DNA of 64,000 nucleotides from Firmicutes bacterium ADurb.Bin146 (GCA_002070475.1 MWDI01000026.1:2354-66353), one strand, 5' to 3'; numbered from the stretch's first letter, positions 40,001 to 48,614 are shown. Notes: generated by a model from the letters alone, not told the origin. Program-made: numbers and translations.

Positions 40001-40020
40001 TTGTGAAATGATTTTGTCAT
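34069..40020 (-). CDS. 1983-aa secreted, SLH-anchored surface protein with tandem Ig-like modules and an FN3-like module
   Basis: Signal peptide (…LFPSMMMTADAAT). At least nine ~93-96-aa modules of consensus IPVTITFSE.VTGFT..D..V.NG...SGSGSVYT..ITP...G.V......A.D.AGN.N. Three C-terminal SLH repeats (e.g. FSDVSDESEHSLYIEKAYEYGIIKGYGNGLFGPDDFLTREQA). Confidence 0.85.
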   Translation of the reverse strand: MTKSFHNKSISIIIVTALVLGLFPSMMMTADAATIYRWDHTVNESTGLYQDTVNSLFIRASDYSGNPRNLTSVSGWLKIFGGYGNSLELKKLPYSTFPNEVFSVKIKSDSGVALVEVKFLDVFFNEISGYNVTVTATTTGSIASLPASSDVYCVRIESDQEFYITDMVFGNITPSFLGSSDLYLPVSSSSSWDIRNLMRVSDTDTLQTLTWTVSSAPSHGTLTIESATASSGSSYITPGGTILYRPTANYTGSDSFTVEVSDGIASATKTINVTIIEQPQITNMVNDTNVSGDFITSSNDITLIGSATANSTIEMFSGYISHGTTTANSSGYWEYRINPITEGSYSFICSSTLGGVTVFSEEAKTVVIDATAPVTSISNISFSNDSGNSSSDRITKTALQYLNIILDSSLADNEHVEISMDEGSTWTDVSIATGTTTGTCSVTLLNGTHTIKGRIADTAGNEGTVSSYSYTLDTTAPALTLYSSSSSHTNQSSIPVSVVFNEQVTGFDFSDISVINAGIGDFSTSDGITYTFNIYTSTSIQGDIIISLSENMAEDLAGNRNSNSSSIAFNYDAIAPAVNITSSAQATTNASVVPVTITFSETVTGFTADDIIVVNGTKGVLSGSGSVYTINITALAQGTVSVNVAAGVASDQAGNENTAASELLRTYDSISPTNTISLMQLNSDMGESNADFITNYIGQTLYISLLERLADGEHVEISMDNGMTWTNFRHAVGSYYGNDNITLIKGTHSIKLRIVDSAGNTGTITTQQYTLDTDIPTVNVTHSLSNPTNQTSIPITITFSEDVSGMQLSDILLENGTASSLSGSGSTYTAQIIPSGNGEVRLRIGYGSVLDLAGNTNETSSYYTWTYDGTSPSVTITSTTNSTTNLSVIPVTITFSEPVTGFTVEDVTVMNGIKGTLNGSGSVYTINITPLTQGTVNINIASGVVTDAAGNNNTAASELIRIYDSIKPTVAIHSATNSITNLSVIPVTITFSEPVTGFTVEDVIVTNGIKGTLSGSGSVYMINITPSAQGTVTVGISADAAYDLANNGNTEALALTRIYDSISPTVAIHSATNSTTNLSVIPVTITFSEPVTGFTVEDVTVMNGIKGTLNGSGSVYTINITPLTQGTVNINIASGVVTDAAGNNNTAASELIRIYDSIKPTVAIHSATNSITNLSVIPVTITFSEPVTGFTVEDVIVTNGIKGTLSGSGSVYMINITPSAQGTVTVGISADAAYDLANNGNTEALALTRIYDSINPTVAISSVTGNSTNVTPIPVTITFSEDVTGFTVNEITVINGVAGGFVSVSGSVYTAFITPAGNGEVIIDVLADTALDAALNPNNAAPSLTRVFDSERPTVIISSSISDYTYCSPITVTFAFSKNVTGFTLSDIIVNNGIASNLTAISNSTYTVDITSATQGNVTVDLPDGTAEDAAGNTNTAAVQFAYIYDNLAPVIATESVISVNATGTEFIRFSWDSANDNISSDSDLLYRAYYSMRDDISSIIDLLNNGTAINAWSSETSVMVSDLTSSTRYYFNVLVKDEAGNISLYNSISGTTDETITDEDIQLPNNTLITVNGEKKEAANIKRETTKGKTTITITIDDKLLKNLLDEKDEDVKVTLPAIGYTNEVVGQLNGQTIKNMERKNAVLEIKTDKASYSLPADQLNIDEISKVLDSQSNLEDIKVKINISEPDDDTVRIINDSANKDKLQLVVKPVEFTITCEANGKSMEISKFKGYVERRIAIPDGIDPAKISTAVVLNDDGTMSHVPTVIVQEGNKYYAVIKSLTNSIYTIVYKKAEIKDAEDHWAKTELNDMASRLVIQLDDEGRFFPDKKITRAQFAKLTVKALGLVPDSYKGIFSDVSDESEHSLYIEKAYEYGIIKGYGNGLFGPDDFLTREQATTIIERAMNLAGYNVVIEKVEIDMILDKFIDKSEISHYAVNSMAICIKNNIIIGRLNNEADPTADLTRAEAVVMLRRMLQNTGLINK
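36271..37390. repeat. Two tandem copies of a 576-bp unit (two Ig-like modules each) inside the surface-protein gene
   Basis: 36271.. aligns with 36847.. (period 576 bp = 192 codons); ~480 bp read as identical by eye, first differences near 36755/37331. Confidence 0.9.
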
Positions 40021-40122
40021 GTAACCTCCTGGATTTTTAACCCCTAAAAAACACCTTTACATAAATACATAAGTAATAACAAGCCCTATTTTTTAGTTTA
40101 TTGCTCAATAAGCAATACTTGT

Positions 40123-40152
40123 ATTATCCCTTAATTTGTGTAGGTGTGTCAA
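40123..40152 (-). promoter_or_regulatory. Sigma-A-type promoter candidate for the surface-protein gene
   Basis: Minus strand TTGACA (40152..40147) - 18 nt - GATAAT (40128..40123); a 7-bp inverted repeat (40099..40117) lies at the predicted 5' end of the transcript. Confidence 0.45.
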
Positions 40153-40202
40153 TTAACATTTAAATATATTTATTAAAATGCAGCTATTCATGTGTAACTA
40201 AA

Positions 40203-41369
40203 TTATCGGGTATATTCCCTCAAAAGCTCCCTGAAATAAACGTAGTTCTCAAACGGGACCTCTGCAGGAACACCGTGATCGCAAGTTGGAAGATACCCTC
40301 CATGTTTTTTCATAAAGGGTAAAATCCTGTCTATTTCAATTTTTATAGCTTCCTTGCTATGAGCTAAAATTCTTTTATCTATACCACCTTTTATTCGTAT
40401 ATCGGGATGGTCTTTTCTTATCTGTACAACGTCACAGCCTGATGCTACTTCCATAGGCGACATATAATTCATTCCAATCTCTTTATAAACAGGGATAACA
40501 GGCCTGCAATCACCGTCTGTAGCAACATGGATAATAAGGTCATATCCTTTTGGCTGTTTGTATACTGAATTTTTATCTAACAGAGCAAGCCTGTTGTTTC
40601 TGTTTCTTACTCCTTGTATCAATTCCTTGTAATATGGGAAAAGGAAAGAACGAATCTGAGCGGGTGAGATTAAGGAACCATGGTTATAGCAGATATCCTC
40701 ATCAAAAAGGAGTTCATCTATCCTGACATGATCCTGATATTTTGCAGTAATGTAATCAGAAAGCTCTAACCATTTTTTCATACAAGTGTGTATAAGGGCA
40801 GGTTCATCATAAATCATGTATAGTATTTCCTCCCCCCCTATAAGAGACCTTAGATACATAAAAGCTCCGACTATGTACTGAATAAGATGATATCCCTGTT
40901 TTGCAATAGGTAAAGCTTTTATTATATCCCGCTGTACATCCTCATTTCTCTCAGCGCTATTGTAATCAAGTCTCCACTCGATATCTTTCCATGTCTTTAA
41001 ATCCTTTACAGGGAAATCCAGATACTGTGGCATAAATCCATCTCGTTTTCCTTTGAAGTATTTGACAGTTCTACCTGCTTTATCCTTTGCTATTTCATAT
41101 GTATCATCAGAACCTATAATTTCCTCTTTAAATCTTGGAATAAAGGGTGCAGTAGTGCCTGATAGTCCGGGAAGATAATAGTTAGCCAGTCTCTCAAATT
41201 TGAAAAGTTTATTCAAATCCTCATTTTCCCTGATATGTCCCTGTCTTATCCATTCTTCCTTGCTGTAATATCCAAACTCCTCTAATGCTATCGGAGCATC
41301 TGGTTTAATGGAATAGAAATCTGTTGTCATTTTTTTAAGCTGTTCAAAATCCCTCATCATGCACCTCAT
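40203..41369 (-). CDS. Uroporphyrinogen-decarboxylase-family (URO-D fold) protein, paralogue B
   Basis: 388 aa; C-terminal GGYLPTCDHGVPAEVPFENY parallels paralogue A; start ambiguous among three ATGs (41369/41360/41357). Confidence 0.6.
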   Translation of the reverse strand: MRCMMRDFEQLKKMTTDFYSIKPDAPIALEEFGYYSKEEWIRQGHIRENEDLNKLFKFERLANYYLPGLSGTTAPFIPRFKEEIIGSDDTYEIAKDKAGRTVKYFKGKRDGFMPQYLDFPVKDLKTWKDIEWRLDYNSAERNEDVQRDIIKALPIAKQGYHLIQYIVGAFMYLRSLIGGEEILYMIYDEPALIHTCMKKWLELSDYITAKYQDHVRIDELLFDEDICYNHGSLISPAQIRSFLFPYYKELIQGVRNRNNRLALLDKNSVYKQPKGYDLIIHVATDGDCRPVIPVYKEIGMNYMSPMEVASGCDVVQIRKDHPDIRIKGGIDKRILAHSKEAIKIEIDRILPFMKKHGGYLPTCDHGVPAEVPFENYVYFRELLREYTR

Positions 41370-41487
41370 AATAGATATAAATATAACTGAATAAGTAAAA
41401 AAAGTATATTGATAAATAAAAAAACCTTTTATATCTTAAAGATAGAAGGATATTGTATAATTAAATCATCAATCAAACGGAGGCTAT

Positions 41488-41763
41488 ATGGATAAGCTCA
41501 TATATTTTAAAATACCATCCTGTCCGTTCTGTAGACAGGCAGATAGATTTTTGGAGGAACTCAAACAAGAAAATGAACAGTACCGCGGCATACCTATTCA
41601 GGTTGTGGACGAAACTTGCGAAAGAGCTTTTGCTGATAGTTACAACTACTATTATGTCCCTACTTTTTTTCTTGGTAATAAAAAGCTCCACGAAGGAGTT
41701 GTAACCAAGGACAGGATTAAATATGTTCTTGATGAGTATCTTAACAAGAACAAGGATAAATAA
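41488..41763 (+). CDS. Glutaredoxin/NrdH-like thioredoxin-fold protein
   Basis: 91 aa; YFKIPSCPFCRQA CxxC active site near N-terminus, ...YYYVPTFFLG; GGAGG RBS; stop 1 nt before the next gene's ATG. Confidence 0.7.
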   Translation: MDKLIYFKIPSCPFCRQADRFLEELKQENEQYRGIPIQVVDETCERAFADSYNYYYVPTFFLGNKKLHEGVVTKDRIKYVLDEYLNKNKDK

Positions 41764-41764
41764 T

Positions 41765-43108
41765 ATGACTATATCCATTAATGCACAAAAAGTCATAGGG
41801 GTTATCAAACCCGTCAATAGTATTACAAATGGAACAAACGAACAGCTGGATAAGTATTTAAAAGAGGCAGAAATACCCTATACCCGTCTTCATGACTGTA
41901 TGTATGATCATCAGTTCACAGTTGATATGCCAATGTTGTTTCCGGATTTTGATAAAGATGAACATGACGAAAAAAATTATAGTTTCGCACGAACAGATCT
42001 GTACATATCGAAAATAGTGAAACTTGGCATTAAGATAATATTCCGATTGGGTAACAGCATGGAACACGGACCGATATTCCTTCATCATGATCCTCCTAAG
42101 GACTTTATGAAATGGGCAAGGATAGCATGCCAGATAATACGACATTACAATGAGGGCTGGGCAGATGGTTCCTACTATAACATTGAATACTGGGAAATAT
42201 GGAATGAGCCGGATGCAGGCGCAGGTGGTGACAGAAGAAAAGACGGTCAGTGGACAGGTACAGATGAGCAGTTTTATGAACTGTACAGTAAAGCGTCCGC
42301 ATATATTAAAGGGCAGTTTCCAAAACTTATGATAGGCGGATATGCATCCTGTGCAGTTGATGAACCGACAAGAAGAGTCTTTTTTGAAGGTTTTTTGGAT
42401 TATCTCAAGAAACATGACTACGCTTTTGATTTCTTTTCTTATCACAATTACGGAGACAGCACCGACAAGATAAAAAACAGAATTAAATATATTGTGGACA
42501 CAATGCAAGAAAAAGGATTCACAAATATCCCACTTATATGTACCGAATATTGTTTTTTCTATGAAGGCGGAGGACATTGGAAAAGACTAGGGCAACCTGA
42601 CTGCGAATACTATCAGCAGCAGTTGTATCAGGATATGACAAGCGGTAAAGGTGCAGCATATGTTTTTGCTGCAATGATAACATTCCAAAACAGCCCTGTT
42701 AAAATCGCTACTTTATACCGTACTGATGAAGCAGGTTTATGGAATGCTCCGTTCAATGTATTCTCAGTCCCTCAGAAACCTTATTATGCCCTTATTGCTT
42801 TCAGGGATATAAAAAGGATGAAAGACCAACTGGAAGTGACCCCATCTGAAGAAAATGGGATATACGCCATTGCTGCAGGTAGTAGTGATGAGCTTGTCAT
42901 TGCGATAAGTCAGTACTACGGAATAGATACTGTTTGTGATATTGAAATATCCGGACTTTCAAACAGTAAATATGAAATGGAATACCGCATAACTGATGAC
43001 TGGAGCAATTATGAGGTTATAAAAAAAGAAGTTGGATATTTTAACAAAATCAGCCTTTTTATGAGAAGAGGCTCGATACATGCTGTCAAGTTAAAGAAAA
43101 TATACTGA
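41765..43108 (+). CDS. Clan GH-A glycoside hydrolase, GH39-like
   Basis: Start at MTISINAQ (41765); IEYWEIWNEPD (acid/base NEP) and PLICTEYCF (nucleophile TEY) motifs; no signal peptide. Confidence 0.55.
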   Translation: MTISINAQKVIGVIKPVNSITNGTNEQLDKYLKEAEIPYTRLHDCMYDHQFTVDMPMLFPDFDKDEHDEKNYSFARTDLYISKIVKLGIKIIFRLGNSMEHGPIFLHHDPPKDFMKWARIACQIIRHYNEGWADGSYYNIEYWEIWNEPDAGAGGDRRKDGQWTGTDEQFYELYSKASAYIKGQFPKLMIGGYASCAVDEPTRRVFFEGFLDYLKKHDYAFDFFSYHNYGDSTDKIKNRIKYIVDTMQEKGFTNIPLICTEYCFFYEGGGHWKRLGQPDCEYYQQQLYQDMTSGKGAAYVFAAMITFQNSPVKIATLYRTDEAGLWNAPFNVFSVPQKPYYALIAFRDIKRMKDQLEVTPSEENGIYAIAAGSSDELVIAISQYYGIDTVCDIEISGLSNSKYEMEYRITDDWSNYEVIKKEVGYFNKISLFMRRGSIHAVKLKKIY

Positions 43109-43113
43109 TACTG

Positions 43114-44160
43114 CTAACCTTTTCTGTATTCCCTTACTATTTCAATCATATTGATATAGTTCTCTGTAGGCACATAATCCGGCACTGAATTGCCTGTTCC
43201 AAAAGCTATTCCTTTTTCCGCACTGACTTTTGCCAACACATCAGATATGTATTCTTTTAATTGAGGCTTATCCATTCTGCATAACACATCAGCATCTACA
43301 CCACCGAAGTTGCCTATCAAGTCGCCATACTTTTCCACCCATACAGGAAACGGAGCAATCTGGTCCTCATTGGAATGCTTGGCATTAATTTTTGCAACAT
43401 TTATTATCTCATCCATAACATTGAATATATTGCCACAGGAGTGTAAAAGAAATGGAAGATTGTAGCTGTGTGCAAGGCTTACCACATCAGCATAACCCGG
43501 TACTATATACTTTTTTATATCCTCAGCAGACAGCATTGTGTTAGATTTGTATCCTAAATCATCACCCATTCTTGCAACAGCGCACATATCTGAATGGTTA
43601 TCCAAAAAGTTCTTCCATATCTTAACAAAGAGCTTCCTCATATTTTTGAATATATCGCTGTAAAGTTCCGGTTCCTCATAAGACATTATGCAAAGGTCCA
43701 TATATCCTACAAGGTCCTGTATGCATTCGAATATCCCGTAACCCGGACCGCCTATCATCTTCATTCCTGCAGGAAGGGACTGTTTTAATGCCCAAAATGA
43801 TTCGTCCGAACTTTTCAAAAAAAGTGAAGGTATCTCATCCCATGGATAATTGTTGAAATCCTCCCTTGTTGATATCGCAGGAGTAACATGCTTATCCAAA
43901 GCCCCACCATTTGGGAACACCGCCCTTATAGCCACTTCAAAAGATACAGTGTCATATCCCATGATTTTATAGAACTCGCATAACCACTTGAAATATTCCA
44001 GTTTGTCAGTATAATTTCCGTTTATTAGATTAGCAAGTTGCTTATTCAATATTCTTTCCATATGTACAGTACTGATACTGTGCTCGTATAAAGGAAGTCT
44101 TTTTGCTTTCCTGTTGTATGCAGCATCCGTTATGTTCATATAATCTGGTTTAAAGTCCAT
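43114..44160 (-). CDS. Uroporphyrinogen-decarboxylase-family (URO-D fold) protein, paralogue C (HxCG motif)
   Basis: 348 aa; PFLLHSCGNI resembles the His-x-Cys zinc motif of MtaA/MtbA-type methyltransferases; C-terminal VPDYVPTENY. Confidence 0.6.
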   Translation of the reverse strand: MDFKPDYMNITDAAYNRKAKRLPLYEHSISTVHMERILNKQLANLINGNYTDKLEYFKWLCEFYKIMGYDTVSFEVAIRAVFPNGGALDKHVTPAISTREDFNNYPWDEIPSLFLKSSDESFWALKQSLPAGMKMIGGPGYGIFECIQDLVGYMDLCIMSYEEPELYSDIFKNMRKLFVKIWKNFLDNHSDMCAVARMGDDLGYKSNTMLSAEDIKKYIVPGYADVVSLAHSYNLPFLLHSCGNIFNVMDEIINVAKINAKHSNEDQIAPFPVWVEKYGDLIGNFGGVDADVLCRMDKPQLKEYISDVLAKVSAEKGIAFGTGNSVPDYVPTENYINMIEIVREYRKG

Positions 44161-44353
44161 AATTACCCCTTTTCGTGTGTTTCTATGTGTGTTTAATTAT
44201 ATATCAATAATTACAAGTGTATCCATACATATCAGGGTAATTTTTGACAGATTCTCATCAATAGCAACACAGTAGTCTTGATTTTCATTATCTGTTTGAT
44301 TGATAATGTATATGCTATAAGCACAACATCAAATCTATAGCAACAGCATTTCT

Positions 44354-45820
44354 ATGAAAGGGCAAATTACAATGCTAAAACTCAACAGAGAAACAATTAC
44401 AGATAAAATCTATGCTTGCTGGCTAGGCAAAAACATCGGGGGAACCATGGGGGTACCATATGAGGGAAAAACTGAAATGAATGACATAAAAGGTTATTCT
44501 ACTCCTAAGGGAGAACCTTATCCCAATGACGACCTCGACTTGCAACTAGTTTGGCTTGCTGCTATGGAATTACATGGACCTTACAAGCTTGATTCCCATG
44601 TTCTGGGTGAACATTGGTTGCGTTGTATTCCTCCCCATTGGAATGAGTACGGAATCTGCAAAGCAAACATGGAATGTGGTATCCTCCCACCTATGTCGGG
44701 TGAATTGAATAACCGATGGAAACATTCGAACGGTGCATGGATACGTTCTGAAATCTGGGCATGTTTAGCACCAGGACATCCTGATATTGCAATTCGATAT
44801 GCTGTTGAAGATGCCATGGTAGATCATGGTATGGGTGAAGGCACTTATGCAGAATTATTCACAGCAGCAATGGAAAGTTCAGCTTTTCTTGTACAGGATA
44901 TACGGGAACTTATTGATATCGGATTATCTAAAATCCCGGTTGAATGCAGGATTGCAAAAAGCGTGCGGCTAGTTTTAAATTCATACGACAATGGTCTTGA
45001 TTGGAAGGAAACAAGACGACTTCTGGTAGAAGACAGTGCTGATTTGGGCTGGTTTCAAGCTCCTGCCAATGTAGGATTTGTAGTATTAGGCCTTTTATAT
45101 GGAAACGGGGATTTTAAACAAAGCATGATACACACCATAAATTGTGGCGACGATACCGATTGTACCGGAGCTACTGTCGGCTCTATTATGGGTATTTTAC
45201 ATGGTACAGCTGGAATTCCAACCGACTGGCGAGAATTCATTGGTGAAAAAATAATTACTATGGCTGTCAATAAAGCTGCATTTATATACGGATGGCCAGG
45301 CTGTCCAAATGATTGCAAAGAACTTACCGAAAGAACAGTTCGACTGATTCCTATTGTATTTGCTGCTAATAATATCGAGATGGAGTTTACCGATTCTGCA
45401 GACCAATATGAAGATAATCAAGTGGAAACTTTGAAAAACAGGGATTATGCTGAAACCCTATATAACCGTAGCGGATATTCATATGATATTGATTTGATGT
45501 ATGCCCGCGCCAGAGTGGAATTTGAAGGATCTTCTGAAATAAGACCCTTAGAAACAAAGAAGTTCAGGATTAAATTCTTTAACAACACGCAACAAAGTCA
45601 GAATATATTATTCCGTTTTATTCTACCGGAGGGTTGGAAACTTGAGGGTAGCCATGCGGTCATGCTAGAATCTAAAGGAGCACAACCAAGCATGTATACC
45701 CAGTGGGAAGCAACTGTAACCGCAGGAGAGCATACAACTCATATAAACCGCGTGATTATAGAAGCAACCAGCAATTCCCATATGATTACCGGGTATATTC
45801 CGATACTATTCATAGGGTGA
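44354..45820 (+). CDS. ADP-ribosylglycohydrolase-family protein with ~150-aa C-terminal extension
   Basis: ACWLGKNIGGTMGVPYEG and NCGDDTDCTGATVGSIMG metal-site motifs; alternative start ATG 44372 has the better RBS. Confidence 0.7.
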   Translation: MKGQITMLKLNRETITDKIYACWLGKNIGGTMGVPYEGKTEMNDIKGYSTPKGEPYPNDDLDLQLVWLAAMELHGPYKLDSHVLGEHWLRCIPPHWNEYGICKANMECGILPPMSGELNNRWKHSNGAWIRSEIWACLAPGHPDIAIRYAVEDAMVDHGMGEGTYAELFTAAMESSAFLVQDIRELIDIGLSKIPVECRIAKSVRLVLNSYDNGLDWKETRRLLVEDSADLGWFQAPANVGFVVLGLLYGNGDFKQSMIHTINCGDDTDCTGATVGSIMGILHGTAGIPTDWREFIGEKIITMAVNKAAFIYGWPGCPNDCKELTERTVRLIPIVFAANNIEMEFTDSADQYEDNQVETLKNRDYAETLYNRSGYSYDIDLMYARARVEFEGSSEIRPLETKKFRIKFFNNTQQSQNILFRFILPEGWKLEGSHAVMLESKGAQPSMYTQWEATVTAGEHTTHINRVIIEATSNSHMITGYIPILFIG

Positions 45821-45888
45821 GATAAACCAGAAGAAGTATACATGATATAATATTAATAAGAAAATATTAATAAATTTTGAGGTACAAT

Positions 45889-47355
45889 ATGGAAACTATG
45901 AAGCTGACAATAAAAACAATGAACAGCAAATACCGTATAAACCCTGAGATATATGGAAGTTTTTCCGAACATCTTGGAAGATGCATATATGACGGTATAT
46001 ATTTAAAGGATAATCATGATGTTCCTAATATTGACGGAATAAGGAATGATATCGTAGAAGCTCTTAAAGCTATAAAGCTTCCTGTACTTCGATGGCCGGG
46101 CGGATGTTTCGCTGACGAATACCACTGGAGAGACGGTATAGGCGAAAAATCCATGAGAAAAAAGATGATAAACACCCACTGGGGCGGATTAACTGAAGAC
46201 AACAGCTTCGGAACTCATGAATTTATGAAACTATGCGAGCTTATAGGGTGCGAACCATATATCGCAGGAAATCTTGGAAGCGGGACTGTTCAGGAAATGT
46301 CAGAATGGATAGAATACATAACTTCGTCTGAACCTTCAACAGTTGTAGAGGAAAGAATTACAAATGGAAGAAAAGAACCTTGGAAGCTTAAATATTTCGG
46401 AGTAGGAAACGAGAACTGGGCATGCGGGGGGAATATGAGGCCTCAGTATTATGCAGACCTGTACCGAAGATATGCAACTTATTGCAGAAATTATGGTCCC
46501 AATAGGCTGTATAAAATAGCATGCGGTCCTAATTCAGATGACTATGATTGGACAGATAAAATAATGGAGATAATCACTAAAGACTGCTCGGCTATATCCT
46601 TGCATCACTATTCGTGGATGACTAGCCAAAGAGCCGCTGAATTATCAGAAGATAACTATTATAGGATTATTGCCAAGTCCAAGAAGATGGATGAACTGAT
46701 TGAAAATCATTGGAATATAATGGGTAAATATGACCCTGACCATAAGATAAAACTGGTTGTTGATGAATGGGGTACATGGTATAAGACAGAAGAAGGTACA
46801 AATCCGAGATTTTTACATCAACAGAGTACGATGACTGATGCTATTGTGGCTGCAAGCACACTTGATATATTCAACAACCGCTGCAATATGGTAAGCATGG
46901 CAAATATTGCACAGACAGTAAATGTCCTCCAGGCAGTTATACTTACTAGCGGAAAACAGCTTATTAAAACACCTACTTATCATGTTTTCGATATATATAA
47001 AGAGCATCAGAATAATATGCTTTTGGACAGCTACTGTAAGAATAGTACGCTAGATAATGATGAGCAGGTTAAAACAATATCGTACTCTGCATCCATGAAC
47101 AGAGACGGTTCCATATATATTACCCTGTCAAATGCAAGCCTTGATAAGGAATATGAAATGGATATTGAACTATACGACAAGAGCGTTGAAACTGTGTCTG
47201 CTGAAATACTGACATCAGACAATTACCTTTCACATAACAGCTTTGATGAACCAGAAAAAATTAAGAAGCAAGAGTATTCTTTGTTCAAATTAAGTAATAA
47301 CGGATTAATTATAAAGCTTTTACCATGCAGTGTTGTTGGAATAAGTTTAAAATAA
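45889..47355 (+). CDS. Alpha-L-arabinofuranosidase, GH51
   Basis: LRWPGGCFADEYHWRDGIG, YFGVGNENWACGG, VDEWGTWY motifs; start at METMKL (GAGG + 7 nt); no signal peptide. Confidence 0.8.
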   Translation: METMKLTIKTMNSKYRINPEIYGSFSEHLGRCIYDGIYLKDNHDVPNIDGIRNDIVEALKAIKLPVLRWPGGCFADEYHWRDGIGEKSMRKKMINTHWGGLTEDNSFGTHEFMKLCELIGCEPYIAGNLGSGTVQEMSEWIEYITSSEPSTVVEERITNGRKEPWKLKYFGVGNENWACGGNMRPQYYADLYRRYATYCRNYGPNRLYKIACGPNSDDYDWTDKIMEIITKDCSAISLHHYSWMTSQRAAELSEDNYYRIIAKSKKMDELIENHWNIMGKYDPDHKIKLVVDEWGTWYKTEEGTNPRFLHQQSTMTDAIVAASTLDIFNNRCNMVSMANIAQTVNVLQAVILTSGKQLIKTPTYHVFDIYKEHQNNMLLDSYCKNSTLDNDEQVKTISYSASMNRDGSIYITLSNASLDKEYEMDIELYDKSVETVSAEILTSDNYLSHNSFDEPEKIKKQEYSLFKLSNNGLIIKLLPCSVVGISLK

Positions 47356-47442
47356 AGTTTAGAATATTAAATCACGTAAAGGCTTTTTCTTGATTATGAG
47401 GCTTTGTTGTGGTAGATTGTCGTATGGAAAGCAGGTAGTGTT

Positions 47443-48612
47443 ATGAGTAAAGCTGTAATATTCGGAGCAGGTAATATTGGCAGAGGTCTAGTTGGCAGGA
47501 TTCTATTTGAATCTGACTACAATGTCACATTTGTAGATGTAAATGAAAAACTGGTAAAACTGCTTAATACGTCTAAAGCTTATCCCATTTATGTAACCAT
47601 GGGTAACGAATATGACCATAGAATAATCAAGAATGTAAATGCTGTAGATGGAAATGATGTAACTTCGGTAGTTGAAGCTGCTAAGGATGCTTCGATAATA
47701 GCCACAGCAGTCGGCGTAAATGCATTGAAATACATAGTACCAGCAATAAGCGAGATTATAAAGCAAAGATATAGAGATGACAAAGAAGGATACCTAAATT
47801 TCATTCTTTGCGAGAATATGATTGATGTACATTTGTATGTACGGCAGATGCTTAAAGATAAACTTACAGAAAAAGAATATGCTTTTTCGGAAGAGCATAT
47901 CGGTTTCTGCCAGTCATCTATAGGATGTATGGTTCCTGCTCCACCTAAGGAACTTATCGAGCAGAACGCTTTGTCTGTTGCTGTGGAAGACTATAACAAG
48001 ATATACACAGACAAGGAAGGAGTAAGAGGGGAACTGCCGGAAATTACAAATATTATCGCGTATTCACCTTTTTCTTTCTATATCAACCGAAAACTGTATA
48101 TGCACAATATGAGCCATTGCGTATGTGCCTATCTTGGATTCCATAAAGGATATACATATATATGGGAATCTATACTAGACCAGGAAATAAGGAATAAAGT
48201 GGAAAGAGCTCTGGAAGAAACTTCTTCAGCATTATCCTTAAATTACGGTGTGGAAATAAAAAAGCTTAATGAACATGCAGAAGATCTTATAAAAAGATAT
48301 GCTAACAAGCTTCTTTCTGATACAGTCGCTAGAGTTGGAGCTGACCCGAAAAGAAAACTCGGAAAGAATGACCGTCTTATAGGAGCGGCAAGATTTTGTC
48401 TAGATAACAGTATTATGCCCTCAACAATTATAGATACAATACCTCTGGCATTCTCATTTAATGTTGAAAATGATCCTTCATCGCAAGAGGTAAGCTCATT
48501 CTTCAGCGAGCATGGGCTTGCGGAATCTTTAAAAATATACTGCCAGCTTAATGAGACCGAACCTCTATTCGGTAAGATAATTGCTGCAGATAAAAAAAAT
48601 AAAAGAGAGTAA
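47443..48612 (+). CDS. Mannitol-dehydrogenase-family oxidoreductase (mannitol-1-phosphate 5-dehydrogenase-like)
   Basis: 389 aa; MSKAVIFGAGNIGRGLVG Rossmann N-terminus typical of MtlD-type enzymes; no PTS/mtl neighbours. Confidence 0.65.
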   Translation: MSKAVIFGAGNIGRGLVGRILFESDYNVTFVDVNEKLVKLLNTSKAYPIYVTMGNEYDHRIIKNVNAVDGNDVTSVVEAAKDASIIATAVGVNALKYIVPAISEIIKQRYRDDKEGYLNFILCENMIDVHLYVRQMLKDKLTEKEYAFSEEHIGFCQSSIGCMVPAPPKELIEQNALSVAVEDYNKIYTDKEGVRGELPEITNIIAYSPFSFYINRKLYMHNMSHCVCAYLGFHKGYTYIWESILDQEIRNKVERALEETSSALSLNYGVEIKKLNEHAEDLIKRYANKLLSDTVARVGADPKRKLGKNDRLIGAARFCLDNSIMPSTIIDTIPLAFSFNVENDPSSQEVSSFFSEHGLAESLKIYCQLNETEPLFGKIIAADKKNKRE

Positions 48613-48614
48613 AA

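Noticed and set aside
40099-40117. TATTGCT-N5-AGCAATA inverted repeat upstream of the surface-protein gene as a terminator for the URO-D-like gene B
   Set aside because: No U tract follows on the minus strand. It sits downstream of the predicted promoter, so it is more likely a 5' UTR stem. Its function is undetermined.
41473-41817. 114-aa minus-strand ORF overlapping the glutaredoxin-like gene
   Set aside because: The plus-strand reading has a CPFC thioredoxin-fold signature, a GGAGG RBS and tight coupling to the next gene. The minus-strand product is hydrophobic low-complexity with no start context.
41858-42577. 239-aa minus-strand ORF, plus 42105..42302, inside the GH39-like gene
   Set aside because: Antisense to a gene with clear NEP/TEY catalytic motifs, and no homology features of its own.
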